Origin: an uncultured Pseudomonadales bacterium
GTDB lineage: Bacteria; Patescibacteriota; Microgenomatia; UBA1400; CAYXSR01
DNA: 64,000 nt
NCBI GenBank assembly: GCA_964430265.1
Contig: CAYSEI010000003.1
Location: 1,070-65,069, forward strand
Direction: 5' to 3'
Part shown: positions 49,511 through 59,580 of the stretch, piece by piece
Layout: each line of letters starts with the position of its first letter
Numbering within the stretch: position 1 is the first letter of the stretch
Notes under the pieces: generated by a model
The model's database searches: none
Told to the model about the DNA's origin: nothing
The model's input: the letters and a program-made list of their open reading frames with translations, nothing else
Program-made: the position numbers and the translations under genes

Positions 49511-50473
49511 TTATAATTGATATTCAATTTTATTTTTGTCAAAAACATGAGTTGTATCTATTAAACGGATTTTATTGGAAACCGTATTCATCACTAAAGA
49601 ATTTGTCCTAGCACCACCACCAAAAAAACGCACGCCTTTTAATATATCCCCATCTGTTACTCCGGATGCACAAAATATTATGTTTTCACCTGAAGCTAGT
49701 TCCTCAGTTTTATAAACTTTTTCCGGATCTCCTCCCATTTTTTTTAACCTTTCTTCTTCCTCTTTATTTTTAGGCCAAAAACGGGCTTGAATTTCACCTT
49801 TAATACAGCGCAGTCCAGCTGCAGTGATCACTCCTTCCGGAGCAGCACCAATACCCATAACTGCGTGGATTCCTGAACCCCGCATTGCAGCAGCAATACC
49901 AGGCAATAAATCACCGTCTGGAATTAACTTAACCCGTGCTCCTGCTGCACGAATATCTTTAATAAGCTCTTCATGTCTATCCCTGTCCAAAACTACAACA
50001 ACTAAATCCTTAATATTCCTTTCAAGTGATTCCGCTAAAATTAACAGATTCTCCTTAACTGATGCATCAAGATTAACTTTTCCAGCAGCTTCAGGTCCAA
50101 CTATTAACTTTGCCATATACATATCTGGAGCATGAAAAAGTCCGCCTCTTTCTGCTGCTGCTAAAACCGCAATTGCGCGCGGACCTAAAGATGCAGTAGC
50201 ATTAGTATTTTCTAAAGGATCAACTGCAATATCAATTTCCTTTCCTTTTTTAGTCCCTAGCTCTTCACCAATAAAAAGCATTGGTGCTTCATCCTTCTCT
50301 CCTTCACCAATAACCACTTTTCCGTCAAATTCCACAGTATTAAAATACTTCCGCATTGCTTTAACAGCAGCTGCATCAGCACGATTTTTGTTGCCAAAAC
50401 CTGCAGCACGCGCTGCAGCAATTGCTGCTAATTCTGTTGAATGTGCCAATTGTAATGCAAGATCATTTTCCAT
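49511..50473 (-). CDS. glpX: Class II fructose-1,6-bisphosphatase
   Basis: VIGEGEKDEAPML, DIAVDPLE, APDMYM and PEGV motifs. Confidence 0.93.
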   Translation of the reverse strand: MENDLALQLAHSTELAAIAAARAAGFGNKNRADAAAVKAMRKYFNTVEFDGKVVIGEGEKDEAPMLFIGEELGTKKGKEIDIAVDPLENTNATASLGPRAIAVLAAAERGGLFHAPDMYMAKLIVGPEAAGKVNLDASVKENLLILAESLERNIKDLVVVVLDRDRHEELIKDIRAAGARVKLIPDGDLLPGIAAAMRGSGIHAVMGIGAAPEGVITAAGLRCIKGEIQARFWPKNKEEEERLKKMGGDPEKVYKTEELASGENIIFCASGVTDGDILKGVRFFGGGARTNSLVMNTVSNKIRLIDTTHVFDKNKIEYQL

Positions 50474-50572
50474 TTTTGTTCCCTTCTTTAATGATTATTC
50501 AATGCATATTTAATATGAATGTAATTTATGGTTTAAAAAAAAAGCGTTTACTTTTTTATAAGAGTTTTTTGA

Positions 50573-51535
50573 TCAGCAGCCACCTTGTGCAGCTTCTACT
50601 TCGCCTGCTCCTTCTAATGTTTCATTACAAGCTTCTGGTTTTTCACTAAAACCTGAGCAAATTGCGTTTTTAAAGTTTTCCGGACTTCTTTGACCTTGAT
50701 ATTTAACTCCGTTTATTAAAAGTGTTGGTGAACCAGTTACATTATATTCACTGTTTAAAGCAGTATCTTCTTCAGCATATGCCAAATAATTTTGTTCATA
50801 ACAGTTTTTAACTGAAGCTGTATTTACTCCAGCCTCTTGAGCAGCTGTTTCCCAACATGTTTCTACATCACTAGCTGTACAGTCAGTATTAACCTGGCTT
50901 ACAAAGTTCCAGAATTTATCGTTTTGGTTTTCATAAACACAACGTTCACGAATATTTTGCTTTAGCTCGTCAACTCCGTGCATAGAACAATATTTACTTT
51001 CTTCATCAATACAATATTCTTCTCCACCGCCTTGATAATTTTCGTACAAAACATAACGAGGCTTAATCTCTATTGCATCTCCAAGTAGCTCTGCAACCGG
51101 TTTCATAATGTCTTCTGCTTGATTTCCATAAGGACAAAATGATTGGGTAAACAATATAACTTCAGGATTTTCCTGCTGCGGGATTTCTTGTGGTTCAGTA
51201 TTTTGTGTATCTGCCTGTTGCTCCTGCTGTTCTTGTTCATTCATTGGGTAGGCACTGGGGAAAAATTGAGTAAGTTCTTTATTTACATAGGAGATTATTT
51301 CCTGTCCTTCAATATCAACTGTCAGTTTATATAGGCCTTCCTCTTCTTTAATTTCCTTTATTTCAAATTCTCTTTGTCCTTGAACCAGCTTTTCATCAAT
51401 AAACTTACTTGTGCTTTCTTTGGCTTGTGCAAGGCTTTTATCTTTATTTAAAGATATTTCTGTAAAACCCTTAGTATAAATTGAAGCTACTAATGCTGCT
51501 ACTAATGCTAATATCGGAAGAATCTTTTTTGCCAT
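50573..51535 (-). CDS. Exported thioredoxin/DsbA-fold (GILT-like) protein
   Basis: SFCPYG, CSMHG and GSPTLLING motifs; multiple Cys. Confidence 0.7.
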   Translation of the reverse strand: MAKKILPILALVAALVASIYTKGFTEISLNKDKSLAQAKESTSKFIDEKLVQGQREFEIKEIKEEEGLYKLTVDIEGQEIISYVNKELTQFFPSAYPMNEQEQQEQQADTQNTEPQEIPQQENPEVILFTQSFCPYGNQAEDIMKPVAELLGDAIEIKPRYVLYENYQGGGEEYCIDEESKYCSMHGVDELKQNIRERCVYENQNDKFWNFVSQVNTDCTASDVETCWETAAQEAGVNTASVKNCYEQNYLAYAEEDTALNSEYNVTGSPTLLINGVKYQGQRSPENFKNAICSGFSEKPEACNETLEGAGEVEAAQGGC

Positions 51536-51621
51536 AACGAATTAAGTTTAGCATAACGATTTTTTTTTGCAAGTGCAGTTTTTTATTATTTATTAAAACT
51601 GGTATAATCGAATTTGTTTAA

Positions 51622-53868
51622 ATGAAATTCATAAAAAATCCCACTAATATCTTAAATAATTTGTTCCGGCGTTTGAAAAAAATACGCTTACGCTGGAAAA
51701 TTCTTTTAGGATTATTTTTCAGTATTATATTAATAGTCACTATTCTATTTTTAACTCTTTTAAAAGACCTTCCTTCTCCAACGACTTTAAAAAAACCCAA
51801 CTACCCGGTAGCAACTAAGCTTTTTGATCGTAACGGAAAGTTACTATATGAAATATATGCTGAACAAAAACGCACCCCGATTAAACTTGAAAATGTTCCG
51901 AAACACGTAATTCAAGCAAGTATTGCAATTGAAGACAAAAACTTTTATCGACATACAGGCTTGGATTTAACAGGAATCAGCAGAGCTTTTTTCAAAACAA
52001 TTTTTAAAAAAGACCTGCAAGGTGGATCAACTATTACTCAACAACTGGTTAAAAATGCACTTTTAAGTCCGGAAAGAACCTTACGCAGAAAAATACGCGA
52101 AGCACTTTTAGCATTTACAACTGAAGTTATATATTCTAAAGACCAAATCTTGGAAATGTATTTTAATTATGTACCTTATGGCGGCACTGCTTACGGAATT
52201 GAGGAGGCTTCCCAGCTTTATTTGAAAAAAAGTATTAAGGACGTAAATTTAGCAGAGGCCGCCTTTTTAGCCGGACTACCTGCTTCTCCATCACGCTATT
52301 CTCCTTTTGGCGCTAATCCAGAACTAGCAAAAAAAAGACAAAAACAGGTTTTAAAAAGAATGCTGGAAGAAAAATATATTTCTGAAGAAGAGATTAATAA
52401 AGCACTGGAATACAAGCTAACTTTTTCTCAACCCGAACAGGATATAAAAGCACCACATTTTGTAATGTATGTTAAAGATCTCTTAGTGGAAGAGTACGGT
52501 CAGAGGATGGTTGAACAAGGAGGACTGAGAGTTACCACTTCACTTGATTTGGATATTCAAGAATTTACCCAAGCTACAATTGCTAGCCAAGTAGCGGAAT
52601 TAGAAAACATGAGGGTTTCTAATGGAGCTGCTTTGGTAACCAAACCTCCCACAGGTGAAATTTTAGCAATGGTTGGTTCCCGTGACTATTTTAACGAAGA
52701 GATTGACGGAAATGTAAACCTTACTACTAGTTTACGTCAACCCGGTTCTTCAATTAAACCCATAAATTATGCAGTCGGACTTTTAAAGGGGTTTACTCCT
52801 GCAAATTTGTTTTTAGATATCCCAACGTGTTTTGCTGTTCCTGGACAACCATTATATTGTCCACGCAACTACGACGGAAGCTTCCACGGACCAGTACAAA
52901 TGCGCTTTGCTTTAGGAAGTTCGTATAATATACCTGCTGTAAAAATGCTGGCTATGAATGGAATCGATGCCATGATGGCTACCGCCTCTGCAATGGGTAT
53001 TTCCACCTGGAATGAACCCAGCAGATACGGCTTATCACTAACCCTCGGCGGAGGAGAAGTTAAAATGACTGAAATGGCTACTGCTTTTGGGGTTTTTGCT
53101 AACCAAGGAAAAAAAATTGAACTAAACCCGATTTTAAAGGTTTCCACTTATGAAGGAAAGCTTTTACAAGAACAAGATTTTGAGAAACATCCTCCGTCAG
53201 GAGAAAAAGTTTTACCTCCGGAAGTAACTTATTTAACCTCCCATATGCTTTTAGACAATAATGCACGAACACCTGCTTTTGGAGCTAACTCGGAATTAGT
53301 AATTCCCAATCATTCAGTATCTGTAAAAACCGGAACTACTGATGATTTAAAAGACAACTGGACAATCGGCTACACCCCTTCTTATCTTACTGCCACCTGG
53401 GTGGGGAACAATGACAGCTCGCCAATGCATCCTTATCTAGTCTCCGGTGTCACCGGTGCAGCCCCTATCTGGAATGACATCATGAGTTATGTTTTAAAAG
53501 ATCAACCTGATGAATGGCCAAAAAAACCGGAAAACATTATTGGCAGAAACGTCTGCACTTCCGCTGCCAACGAAGGAGAAAAATGCAATGGACGATTTGA
53601 ATATTTTATTAAAGGCACTGAAGACAACATGTTAAACGGAGAAATGGAAAAAAAAGAGATTTGGATTGACAAAACCACCAATCTACCTCCAGAACCCGGA
53701 CAAACAGAAAACCTTGAATTAAGAGAACACTTTGTAGTTTCCGACTATTTTGTTAAAGATTACTGTGTTTCCTGTCCACAGGAGGATAAGGAGCCGGTAA
53801 TAATTAATTATCCTTTTACAAAACCAACACAAGCATCTCAGCCGGTCAAAGAATCAAATAACAATTAA
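51622..53868 (+). CDS. Class A penicillin-binding protein (PBP1A family)
   Basis: GT51 motifs EDKNFY and GGSTITQQ; transpeptidase motifs SSIK, SYN and KTGT. Confidence 0.95.
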   Translation: MKFIKNPTNILNNLFRRLKKIRLRWKILLGLFFSIILIVTILFLTLLKDLPSPTTLKKPNYPVATKLFDRNGKLLYEIYAEQKRTPIKLENVPKHVIQASIAIEDKNFYRHTGLDLTGISRAFFKTIFKKDLQGGSTITQQLVKNALLSPERTLRRKIREALLAFTTEVIYSKDQILEMYFNYVPYGGTAYGIEEASQLYLKKSIKDVNLAEAAFLAGLPASPSRYSPFGANPELAKKRQKQVLKRMLEEKYISEEEINKALEYKLTFSQPEQDIKAPHFVMYVKDLLVEEYGQRMVEQGGLRVTTSLDLDIQEFTQATIASQVAELENMRVSNGAALVTKPPTGEILAMVGSRDYFNEEIDGNVNLTTSLRQPGSSIKPINYAVGLLKGFTPANLFLDIPTCFAVPGQPLYCPRNYDGSFHGPVQMRFALGSSYNIPAVKMLAMNGIDAMMATASAMGISTWNEPSRYGLSLTLGGGEVKMTEMATAFGVFANQGKKIELNPILKVSTYEGKLLQEQDFEKHPPSGEKVLPPEVTYLTSHMLLDNNARTPAFGANSELVIPNHSVSVKTGTTDDLKDNWTIGYTPSYLTATWVGNNDSSPMHPYLVSGVTGAAPIWNDIMSYVLKDQPDEWPKKPENIIGRNVCTSAANEGEKCNGRFEYFIKGTEDNMLNGEMEKKEIWIDKTTNLPPEPGQTENLELREHFVVSDYFVKDYCVSCPQEDKEPVIINYPFTKPTQASQPVKESNNN

Positions 53869-53933
53869 TCTACTTTAGATATTTAAATTTTTTCCTCTTT
53901 TAAATATTTTTTTCTCCTGTTAAAATATATTTA

Positions 53934-56297
53934 ATGGAGCAAAAATGGACAGGTTATTTAACCAACCTATTAAACCAGCTATTTAAAGCAATTTTTTTCA
54001 TTCTTCAAATTATCGGACGTTTAACATATAAGTCCTTTTTCCACTTTATCTATTTAAATTACCTTTTATTGTCCTTAATTTTTGTTTCCATAAAAAAAAT
54101 CTACAAAGAAACAACTTCTTTTTTCAAAAATACTAAAACTTTTATCAGAAGCATTGAAAAAAGAATAAAAGAAATTAAATTCCCTAAAATTAAAAAGCCG
54201 AACCTAAAAATACCCAAACTAGAAGTAGTTCTACCCAAAATCAATATCCCAAAACTTCAACTGCCAAAACTTAAAATTACTTTTTTAAAGTTAAATATTT
54301 TAATTATCCTTTTTTTGTCTGCTTTTGGTTCCTTTTTTTACTTTTACATTTTAAAAGGCCTTCCCAACCCACAAAGACTTTCAACCCGGAAACAAATTCT
54401 CTCAACCAAAATATATGACCGAAACAATAAGCTATTGTATACGGTTTTTGACGGCAATCATAATCGCTCCTTAGTAAAATTGGAAGATATTCCTCAAGAT
54501 GTAATTAATGCAACCATTACTATTGAAGACAATAATTTCTATAACCATCCCGGCTTTTCCCCGCGGGCAATTGTACGTGCAGCTTGGAATAACAGCCACG
54601 AAAAAGATCATTTACAAGGCGGCTCCACTATTACTCAGCAACTGGTTAAGAACGCTTTTCTAAGTCCAGAACAAACTTTTAAAAGGAAAATTAAAGAACT
54701 AGTTCTTAGTATACAGGTTGATCTTTTGTACAACAAAGATGAAATTTTGGAAATGTATTTTAATGAGGTCCCTTATGGTGGAACCGCCTATGGTATTGAA
54801 GAAGCTGCACAACTGTACCTGGACAAAAGCATCACAGATGTTAATTTAGCAGAAGCAGCTTTATTAGCCGGTTTACCTGCAGCTCCAACACATTTTTCAC
54901 CTTTTGGAGCCAATCCTCAACTGGCTGCCGTCAGACAAAGGACAGTACTTAATAAAATGTTAGAGCATAAATATATTACACGACAAGAATATGAAAATGC
55001 TAAAAAACAAAAAATTAAACTTGCCTCACAAAGAAGTGATATTAAAGCCCCGCACTTTGTAATGTATGTTAAAGACCAGCTTGTTAAAAAATACGGACAA
55101 AGAATGGTTGAGCAAGGAGGCTTAAAAGTTACCACTTCTTTAGACTTGGATGTTCAAGAATTTGCCCAAGCAGTAGTAGCTTCTGAAGTCGCTAAATTAA
55201 AACAAATGAATGTCAGCAACGGCGCCTCAATAGTTACCAATCCTAAAACAGGAGAAATACTGGCCATGGTCGGTTCCCGTAACTATTTTGACAAACAAAT
55301 TGACGGCAATGTGAACTTAACCACAAGTCAACGCCAGCCCGGAAGTGCAATAAAACCAGTCAATTATGCAGTTGCTTTGGAAAACGGATTTAATCCCGCA
55401 ACAAGAATTTCTGACACTCCAATAACTTATCACATTCCCGGTTCTGAGCCTTATTCACCGGTTAACTATGACCATAAATTCCACGGACCTGTCTCCTTGC
55501 GTACAGCTTTAGGAAGTTCATATAATGTACCAGCTGTAAAAACTTTATCCATTTTTGGCGTAGATAAAATGATTGATATGGGAGAAAAAATGGGTATAAC
55601 AACTTGGAAAGACCGTTCACGCTTTGGCCTTTCATTAACCCTAGGTGGCGGAGAAGTTAAAATGACTGATATGGCTGTAGTTTACGGAACCTTGGCAAAT
55701 CAAGGAAAAAAAATTGACCTTCACCCTATTTTGGAAGTTAAAAATAACCAGGGAAAAACATTGGAAAAAACAAATATTATGAATCTCGAGAAAAAAAGCG
55801 TTCTTGATCCCGGAGTGGCTTATCTTTTAAACAATATTTTATCAGACAATCAAGCTAGAAGCCCTGCATTTGGTCCGTCCAGTTATTTGGTAATTCCCAA
55901 ACATGAAGTAGCCGTTAAAACCGGAACCACCAATGACAAAAGAGACAACTGGACAATTGGCTATACAGAAAATGCATTAGTTGCTGTTTGGGTGGGTAAT
56001 AATGACAATTCACCAATGAGTGCTGTTGCTTCCGGTGTTACCGGCGCCTCCCCAATCTGGCATAAAACAATCAAAAAATTGTTAAAAGAAACCCCTTCTC
56101 ATCAATTTACAGTTCCCAATAATGTTAAAAAAATTAAAGTTTGTGCATATAATGGATTACTACCTTGTGAAGGCTGCCCGACAATCAACGAATACTATTT
56201 AGAACAAAACATCCCAAAATACCATTGCAGCAGCGAAAAAATCAAAGAAGCAAAAAAAGAAAATCCTATTTTGGAAGGAATTTCTACTCGCCGATAA
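53934..56297 (+). CDS. Class A penicillin-binding protein, tandem paralog
   Basis: EDNNFY, GGSTITQQ, SAIK, SYN and KTGT motifs; N-terminal PK-repeat extension. Confidence 0.95.
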   Translation: MEQKWTGYLTNLLNQLFKAIFFILQIIGRLTYKSFFHFIYLNYLLLSLIFVSIKKIYKETTSFFKNTKTFIRSIEKRIKEIKFPKIKKPNLKIPKLEVVLPKINIPKLQLPKLKITFLKLNILIILFLSAFGSFFYFYILKGLPNPQRLSTRKQILSTKIYDRNNKLLYTVFDGNHNRSLVKLEDIPQDVINATITIEDNNFYNHPGFSPRAIVRAAWNNSHEKDHLQGGSTITQQLVKNAFLSPEQTFKRKIKELVLSIQVDLLYNKDEILEMYFNEVPYGGTAYGIEEAAQLYLDKSITDVNLAEAALLAGLPAAPTHFSPFGANPQLAAVRQRTVLNKMLEHKYITRQEYENAKKQKIKLASQRSDIKAPHFVMYVKDQLVKKYGQRMVEQGGLKVTTSLDLDVQEFAQAVVASEVAKLKQMNVSNGASIVTNPKTGEILAMVGSRNYFDKQIDGNVNLTTSQRQPGSAIKPVNYAVALENGFNPATRISDTPITYHIPGSEPYSPVNYDHKFHGPVSLRTALGSSYNVPAVKTLSIFGVDKMIDMGEKMGITTWKDRSRFGLSLTLGGGEVKMTDMAVVYGTLANQGKKIDLHPILEVKNNQGKTLEKTNIMNLEKKSVLDPGVAYLLNNILSDNQARSPAFGPSSYLVIPKHEVAVKTGTTNDKRDNWTIGYTENALVAVWVGNNDNSPMSAVASGVTGASPIWHKTIKKLLKETPSHQFTVPNNVKKIKVCAYNGLLPCEGCPTINEYYLEQNIPKYHCSSEKIKEAKKENPILEGISTRR

Positions 56298-56357
56298 GTA
56301 TGTTAATATTAATTTAACAACAAATTTTTGATTTTATATCAAAAAAAGGAGGTTTTT

Positions 56358-57119
56358 ATGTTTAATTTAAAAGGTAAAAAAGCCCTGGTTACGGGTGCTT
56401 CCCGCGGAATCGGGAAAGGCATTGCCCTGGCTTTAGCAGAACAAGGTGCAGATGTAGTTGTTAATTATCATTCCAGTGAAAATGAAGCAAATCAAGTAGT
56501 TGAAGAAATTAGAAAAATGGGGTGTGAAGCTTTTGCTATACAAGCAGATGTTTCTCATAAAGAAGATGTTGATGCTATGTTTAGTAAAATAAAACAAGAA
56601 TGGGGTGGATTAGATATACTGGTAAACAATGCAGGGATTGTTAATTTTAAACCTTTTGAACAAATGACTGAAAAAGACTGGGATCAGGTAATGGATGTCA
56701 ATCTTAAGGGACAATTTTTGTGTGCAAAAGCATCTATTCCCTTGCTAAAAGATTCTGATAAAGGAAGAATTATTAATTTGGCATCAATTGCTTCCGGCGG
56801 AGTTGGTGTTGGTTTTTTAAATCTGGCTCATTATTGTGCATCAAAAGGAGGAGTAGTTGCTTTTACTGAAGAACTAGCTCTAGAATTGGGTCCAGATATT
56901 ACAGTTAATGCTATTGCTCCTGGAGTAATTGATACTGACATGGTCGACAACATAAAAAATGACCCGGCAACTCTAAAGGGCATCCTTGCTAGAGTTCCTA
57001 AAAATAGACTGGGAACTCCAAAAGAAATTGGTGCTATGGCTGCTTTTTTAGCATCAGATGAAGCAGATTACTGTACAGGAGCTGCTTTTTACGTTGACGG
57101 AGGCTGGTTGGCAAGCTGA
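56358..57119 (+). CDS. Short-chain dehydrogenase/reductase (FabG-like)
   Basis: TGASRGIG, NNAG and YCASK motifs; SD AGGAGG before ATG 56358. Confidence 0.9.
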   Translation: MFNLKGKKALVTGASRGIGKGIALALAEQGADVVVNYHSSENEANQVVEEIRKMGCEAFAIQADVSHKEDVDAMFSKIKQEWGGLDILVNNAGIVNFKPFEQMTEKDWDQVMDVNLKGQFLCAKASIPLLKDSDKGRIINLASIASGGVGVGFLNLAHYCASKGGVVAFTEELALELGPDITVNAIAPGVIDTDMVDNIKNDPATLKGILARVPKNRLGTPKEIGAMAAFLASDEADYCTGAAFYVDGGWLAS

Positions 57120-57125
57120 AGATAG

Positions 57126-57704
57126 CTAATTTTCTAGCTTTTTGAGCTTTTTCCACCAAACATTAATAAAATCATTCTCTTGAACGATTAAGTTCAATAA
57201 TTGTTTGGCAGAATCTGTATTTAATGCTTTTTTGACGTTTTTAATCCATTGTATCTGACCTTGATAACCTCTTTCCAAATATTCCTTGGCAGTAATTGCT
57301 GCTTCCAGCCAATCAGCGTCTTTGGCAACAATTGCTTCTTTTGTTTTTCTCCGGTTAAATTCATTAAAAAGTTGCGTAATCCTTTGCGATAGTTTATCAG
57401 GTAGGTTTTTAACCTGCTCCTTAAACGCTTTTTCTTCTGCTTTTTCAATATTAAAATATCTTTTTGCTACCTTGTGTTGGTCTCCAACACGTATTTCACC
57501 ATTGTCGTGAAAAAGAATCATTGCTGCTGTTTTTTCCGGGTCTGCCCCTTCCAAAAAAGCCAGAATATATCCGATTTGTGCTGCTCTATAAACATGCTCT
57601 GCAACATTTTCCGAATTTTTTACACCAGAAACTTTAGGACCCGAACGCTGCAGCCTCCGGCTAACACCTAGCTCTGATAAGAATTTAACAATGTTTTTGC
57701 TCAT
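57126..57704 (-). CDS. HD-domain hydrolase (YfbR/HDDC2-like nucleotidase)
   Basis: RSG...ENVAEH, FHD...GD and DADWLE motifs. Confidence 0.82.
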   Translation of the reverse strand: MSKNIVKFLSELGVSRRLQRSGPKVSGVKNSENVAEHVYRAAQIGYILAFLEGADPEKTAAMILFHDNGEIRVGDQHKVAKRYFNIEKAEEKAFKEQVKNLPDKLSQRITQLFNEFNRRKTKEAIVAKDADWLEAAITAKEYLERGYQGQIQWIKNVKKALNTDSAKQLLNLIVQENDFINVWWKKLKKLEN

Positions 57705-57733
57705 AATGTGTCAATTATAGCAGATATTTATAC

Positions 57734-57761
57734 TTGACAATCTATTTGAAAAGTTTAAAAT
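57734..57761 (+). promoter_or_regulatory. Promoter of the toxin-antitoxin pair
   Basis: TTGACA, 16-nt spacer, TAAAAT. Confidence 0.55.
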
Positions 57762-57790
57762 ATAGATAGTTAGAAAGTTGGAAAATTAAA

Positions 57791-58054
57791 ATGCGTGCAG
57801 ATCAAACAGTTCAAGTTGATTGGCTTAAGGTCTTAAATAAGGGCCTAATAACTATTCCTAAAAAATGGCGGGAAAACCTTGGAATTAAACCAGGAGAAAT
57901 AATTAAGGCTGAAAAAAAAGATAACCAAATAGTGCTCAAGCCTAGAAAAATTTCCGCTCCCTATCGAATCTACAGCCAGAAAGAACTTAATGAATTTGTT
58001 GTAAAAGATCAGCTTCCGAAAGACTTAAAAAAGAAGTTAGATAACAATGCATAA
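57791..58054 (+). CDS. AbrB/MazE-fold antitoxin
   Basis: KGLITIPKKWRENLGIKPG motif. Confidence 0.85.
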   Translation: MRADQTVQVDWLKVLNKGLITIPKKWRENLGIKPGEIIKAEKKDNQIVLKPRKISAPYRIYSQKELNEFVVKDQLPKDLKKKLDNNA

Positions 58055-58475
58055 GATTTTTTTTGATGCCTCAGTAATTTTTTCTGCTTTATATTCAAAA
58101 ACCGGCGGTTCACGCTACATTTTTAAATTAAGCAAAAAAGGCAATATACAAGCTGCAACAAGTGAAACTGTTATTCAAGAAGTAGAAAAAAACTTAAAAA
58201 AGCTTGACCAATTCAACAAAGATAATTTTCAGAACTTTCTTTTAAAATATCCGCTTATAATACGAGAAACTATTACAAAAAAAGAAATAAAGCCCTATTT
58301 AAACAAGGTTTATAAAAAAGACGCCCACGTTATTGCCGGAACAATTCTACTTAAATGTAAGTTTTTAATAACCCTAGATAAAAAACACCTTAATAATCCA
58401 AGAATCAAGAAAAAATTCAAAGAAATAGAAATTACATCTCCCAGAGATTTCCTGCAAAATATACTAGTTAAATAA
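58047..58475 (+). CDS. PIN-domain (VapC-like) toxin
   Basis: FFDASV, QEV, KDAHV and LITLDKKH acidic PIN residues; overlaps the antitoxin. Confidence 0.85.
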   Translation: MHKIFFDASVIFSALYSKTGGSRYIFKLSKKGNIQAATSETVIQEVEKNLKKLDQFNKDNFQNFLLKYPLIIRETITKKEIKPYLNKVYKKDAHVIAGTILLKCKFLITLDKKHLNNPRIKKKFKEIEITSPRDFLQNILVK

Positions 58476-58487
58476 TCATCGCTTGCT

Positions 58488-59051
58488 TTATATCTTCCCC
58501 ACCAATTCTTCACCTGGTTTTAGTGTTTTTTCACCTGGCTTCCAGTTTGCCGGACAAGCTTGGTCTCCGTGTTCAGCAACATATTTAGCAGCCTGCAGTT
58601 TTCTAAGAATTTCTTTACTGCTCCTGCCTATACTATTGTCATGCTTTTCAATTGATTTAAGTTTTCCTTCCGGGTCAATAATAAATGTTGCACGTAGAGA
58701 AACTCCCTCTTTATCAATATATGTGCCAAAAGCACGTGATATCATTCCTGTCGGATCTGCACCCATTGGATATTTGACTTTACCCACTGCTTTTGACTGC
58801 TCGTGCCAAGCTAAATGTACGTATGCTGTATCAGTGCTAAAACTGATTATTTCTGCATCAGAATCCTTGAACTTGTCATAGTTTTTTGCTGCATCCTCTA
58901 ATTCAGTTGGACAAACAAAAGTAAAGTCAGCCGGATAAAATAAAAGCACCAGCCATTTGCCGCTAAAATCAGACAGCTTTTTTTTGCTAATTTTTCCTTT
59001 GTAAAAAACCTCAAATTCAAAATCCGGAATCTTTTCATTTATTTTTACCAT
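58488..59051 (-). CDS. ahpC: 2-Cys peroxiredoxin
   Basis: FYPADFTFVCPTE and ACPANW motifs. Confidence 0.95.
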   Translation of the reverse strand: MVKINEKIPDFEFEVFYKGKISKKKLSDFSGKWLVLLFYPADFTFVCPTELEDAAKNYDKFKDSDAEIISFSTDTAYVHLAWHEQSKAVGKVKYPMGADPTGMISRAFGTYIDKEGVSLRATFIIDPEGKLKSIEKHDNSIGRSSKEILRKLQAAKYVAEHGDQACPANWKPGEKTLKPGEELVGKI

Positions 59052-59065
59052 TTTTTACCTCCCCT

Positions 59066-59569
59066 TTAGTATTGATTTAAATGTATTTTTTCTTTTTCAA
59101 AGTCAGCTTCGGAATGCTCTGGCTTTTCATTGTCCGGATAACCAATCGGCATTAAACACAGTACCCGAACATTTTCTGGAATGCTTAGTGTTTGCCTAAC
59201 GTGTTGTTCGTGTTTTGTTGTGTCATTATGCCTTACTTGTATAAAACAGGTTCCTAATTCTTGGTTGGTTGCTTCCAAGTAAATGTTTTCACTTGCAATA
59301 CTGCAGTCTTCTATCCAATTATGATGCTTTTTACTTGAAGCAATTACTATAATTACTGGTGCATGTTCAGCAAAACTTGCCCAGGAAGTTGTTTGTGAAA
59401 GCTTGTCTTTTAGTTTTTTATCTTTAACAACAATAAATTCCCAAGGCCGGCAGTGGTTTGAAGAAGGCGCAAACTGAGCTGCTTTTAAAACCTTTTCTAG
59501 TTTTTCCTCTTCTATTTCTTGATGCTTGTAATTACGATAACTGCGTCTTTTTTTAATTGCATCCAACAT
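59066..59569 (-). CDS. Nitroreductase family protein
   Basis: RRSYR, APSS..RPWEF and LGTC motifs. Confidence 0.9.
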   Translation of the reverse strand: MLDAIKKRRSYRNYKHQEIEEEKLEKVLKAAQFAPSSNHCRPWEFIVVKDKKLKDKLSQTTSWASFAEHAPVIIVIASSKKHHNWIEDCSIASENIYLEATNQELGTCFIQVRHNDTTKHEQHVRQTLSIPENVRVLCLMPIGYPDNEKPEHSEADFEKEKIHLNQY

Positions 59570-59580
59570 AAATACCTCCT

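Noticed and set aside
50560-50590. C-terminal GGC-TGA of the DsbA-like protein as a possible Cys-Sec redox motif
   Set aside because: No SECIS-like hairpin follows; the downstream sequence is A/T-rich intergenic DNA, so TGA is best read as stop.
51800-56060. Long similar DNA segments suggesting a repeat or mobile element
   Set aside because: Explained by tandem PBP1A paralogs; both are intact and diverged.
57791-58475. Toxin-antitoxin pair as a marker of a mobile island
   Set aside because: No integrase, transposase, tRNA or flanking direct repeats were seen.
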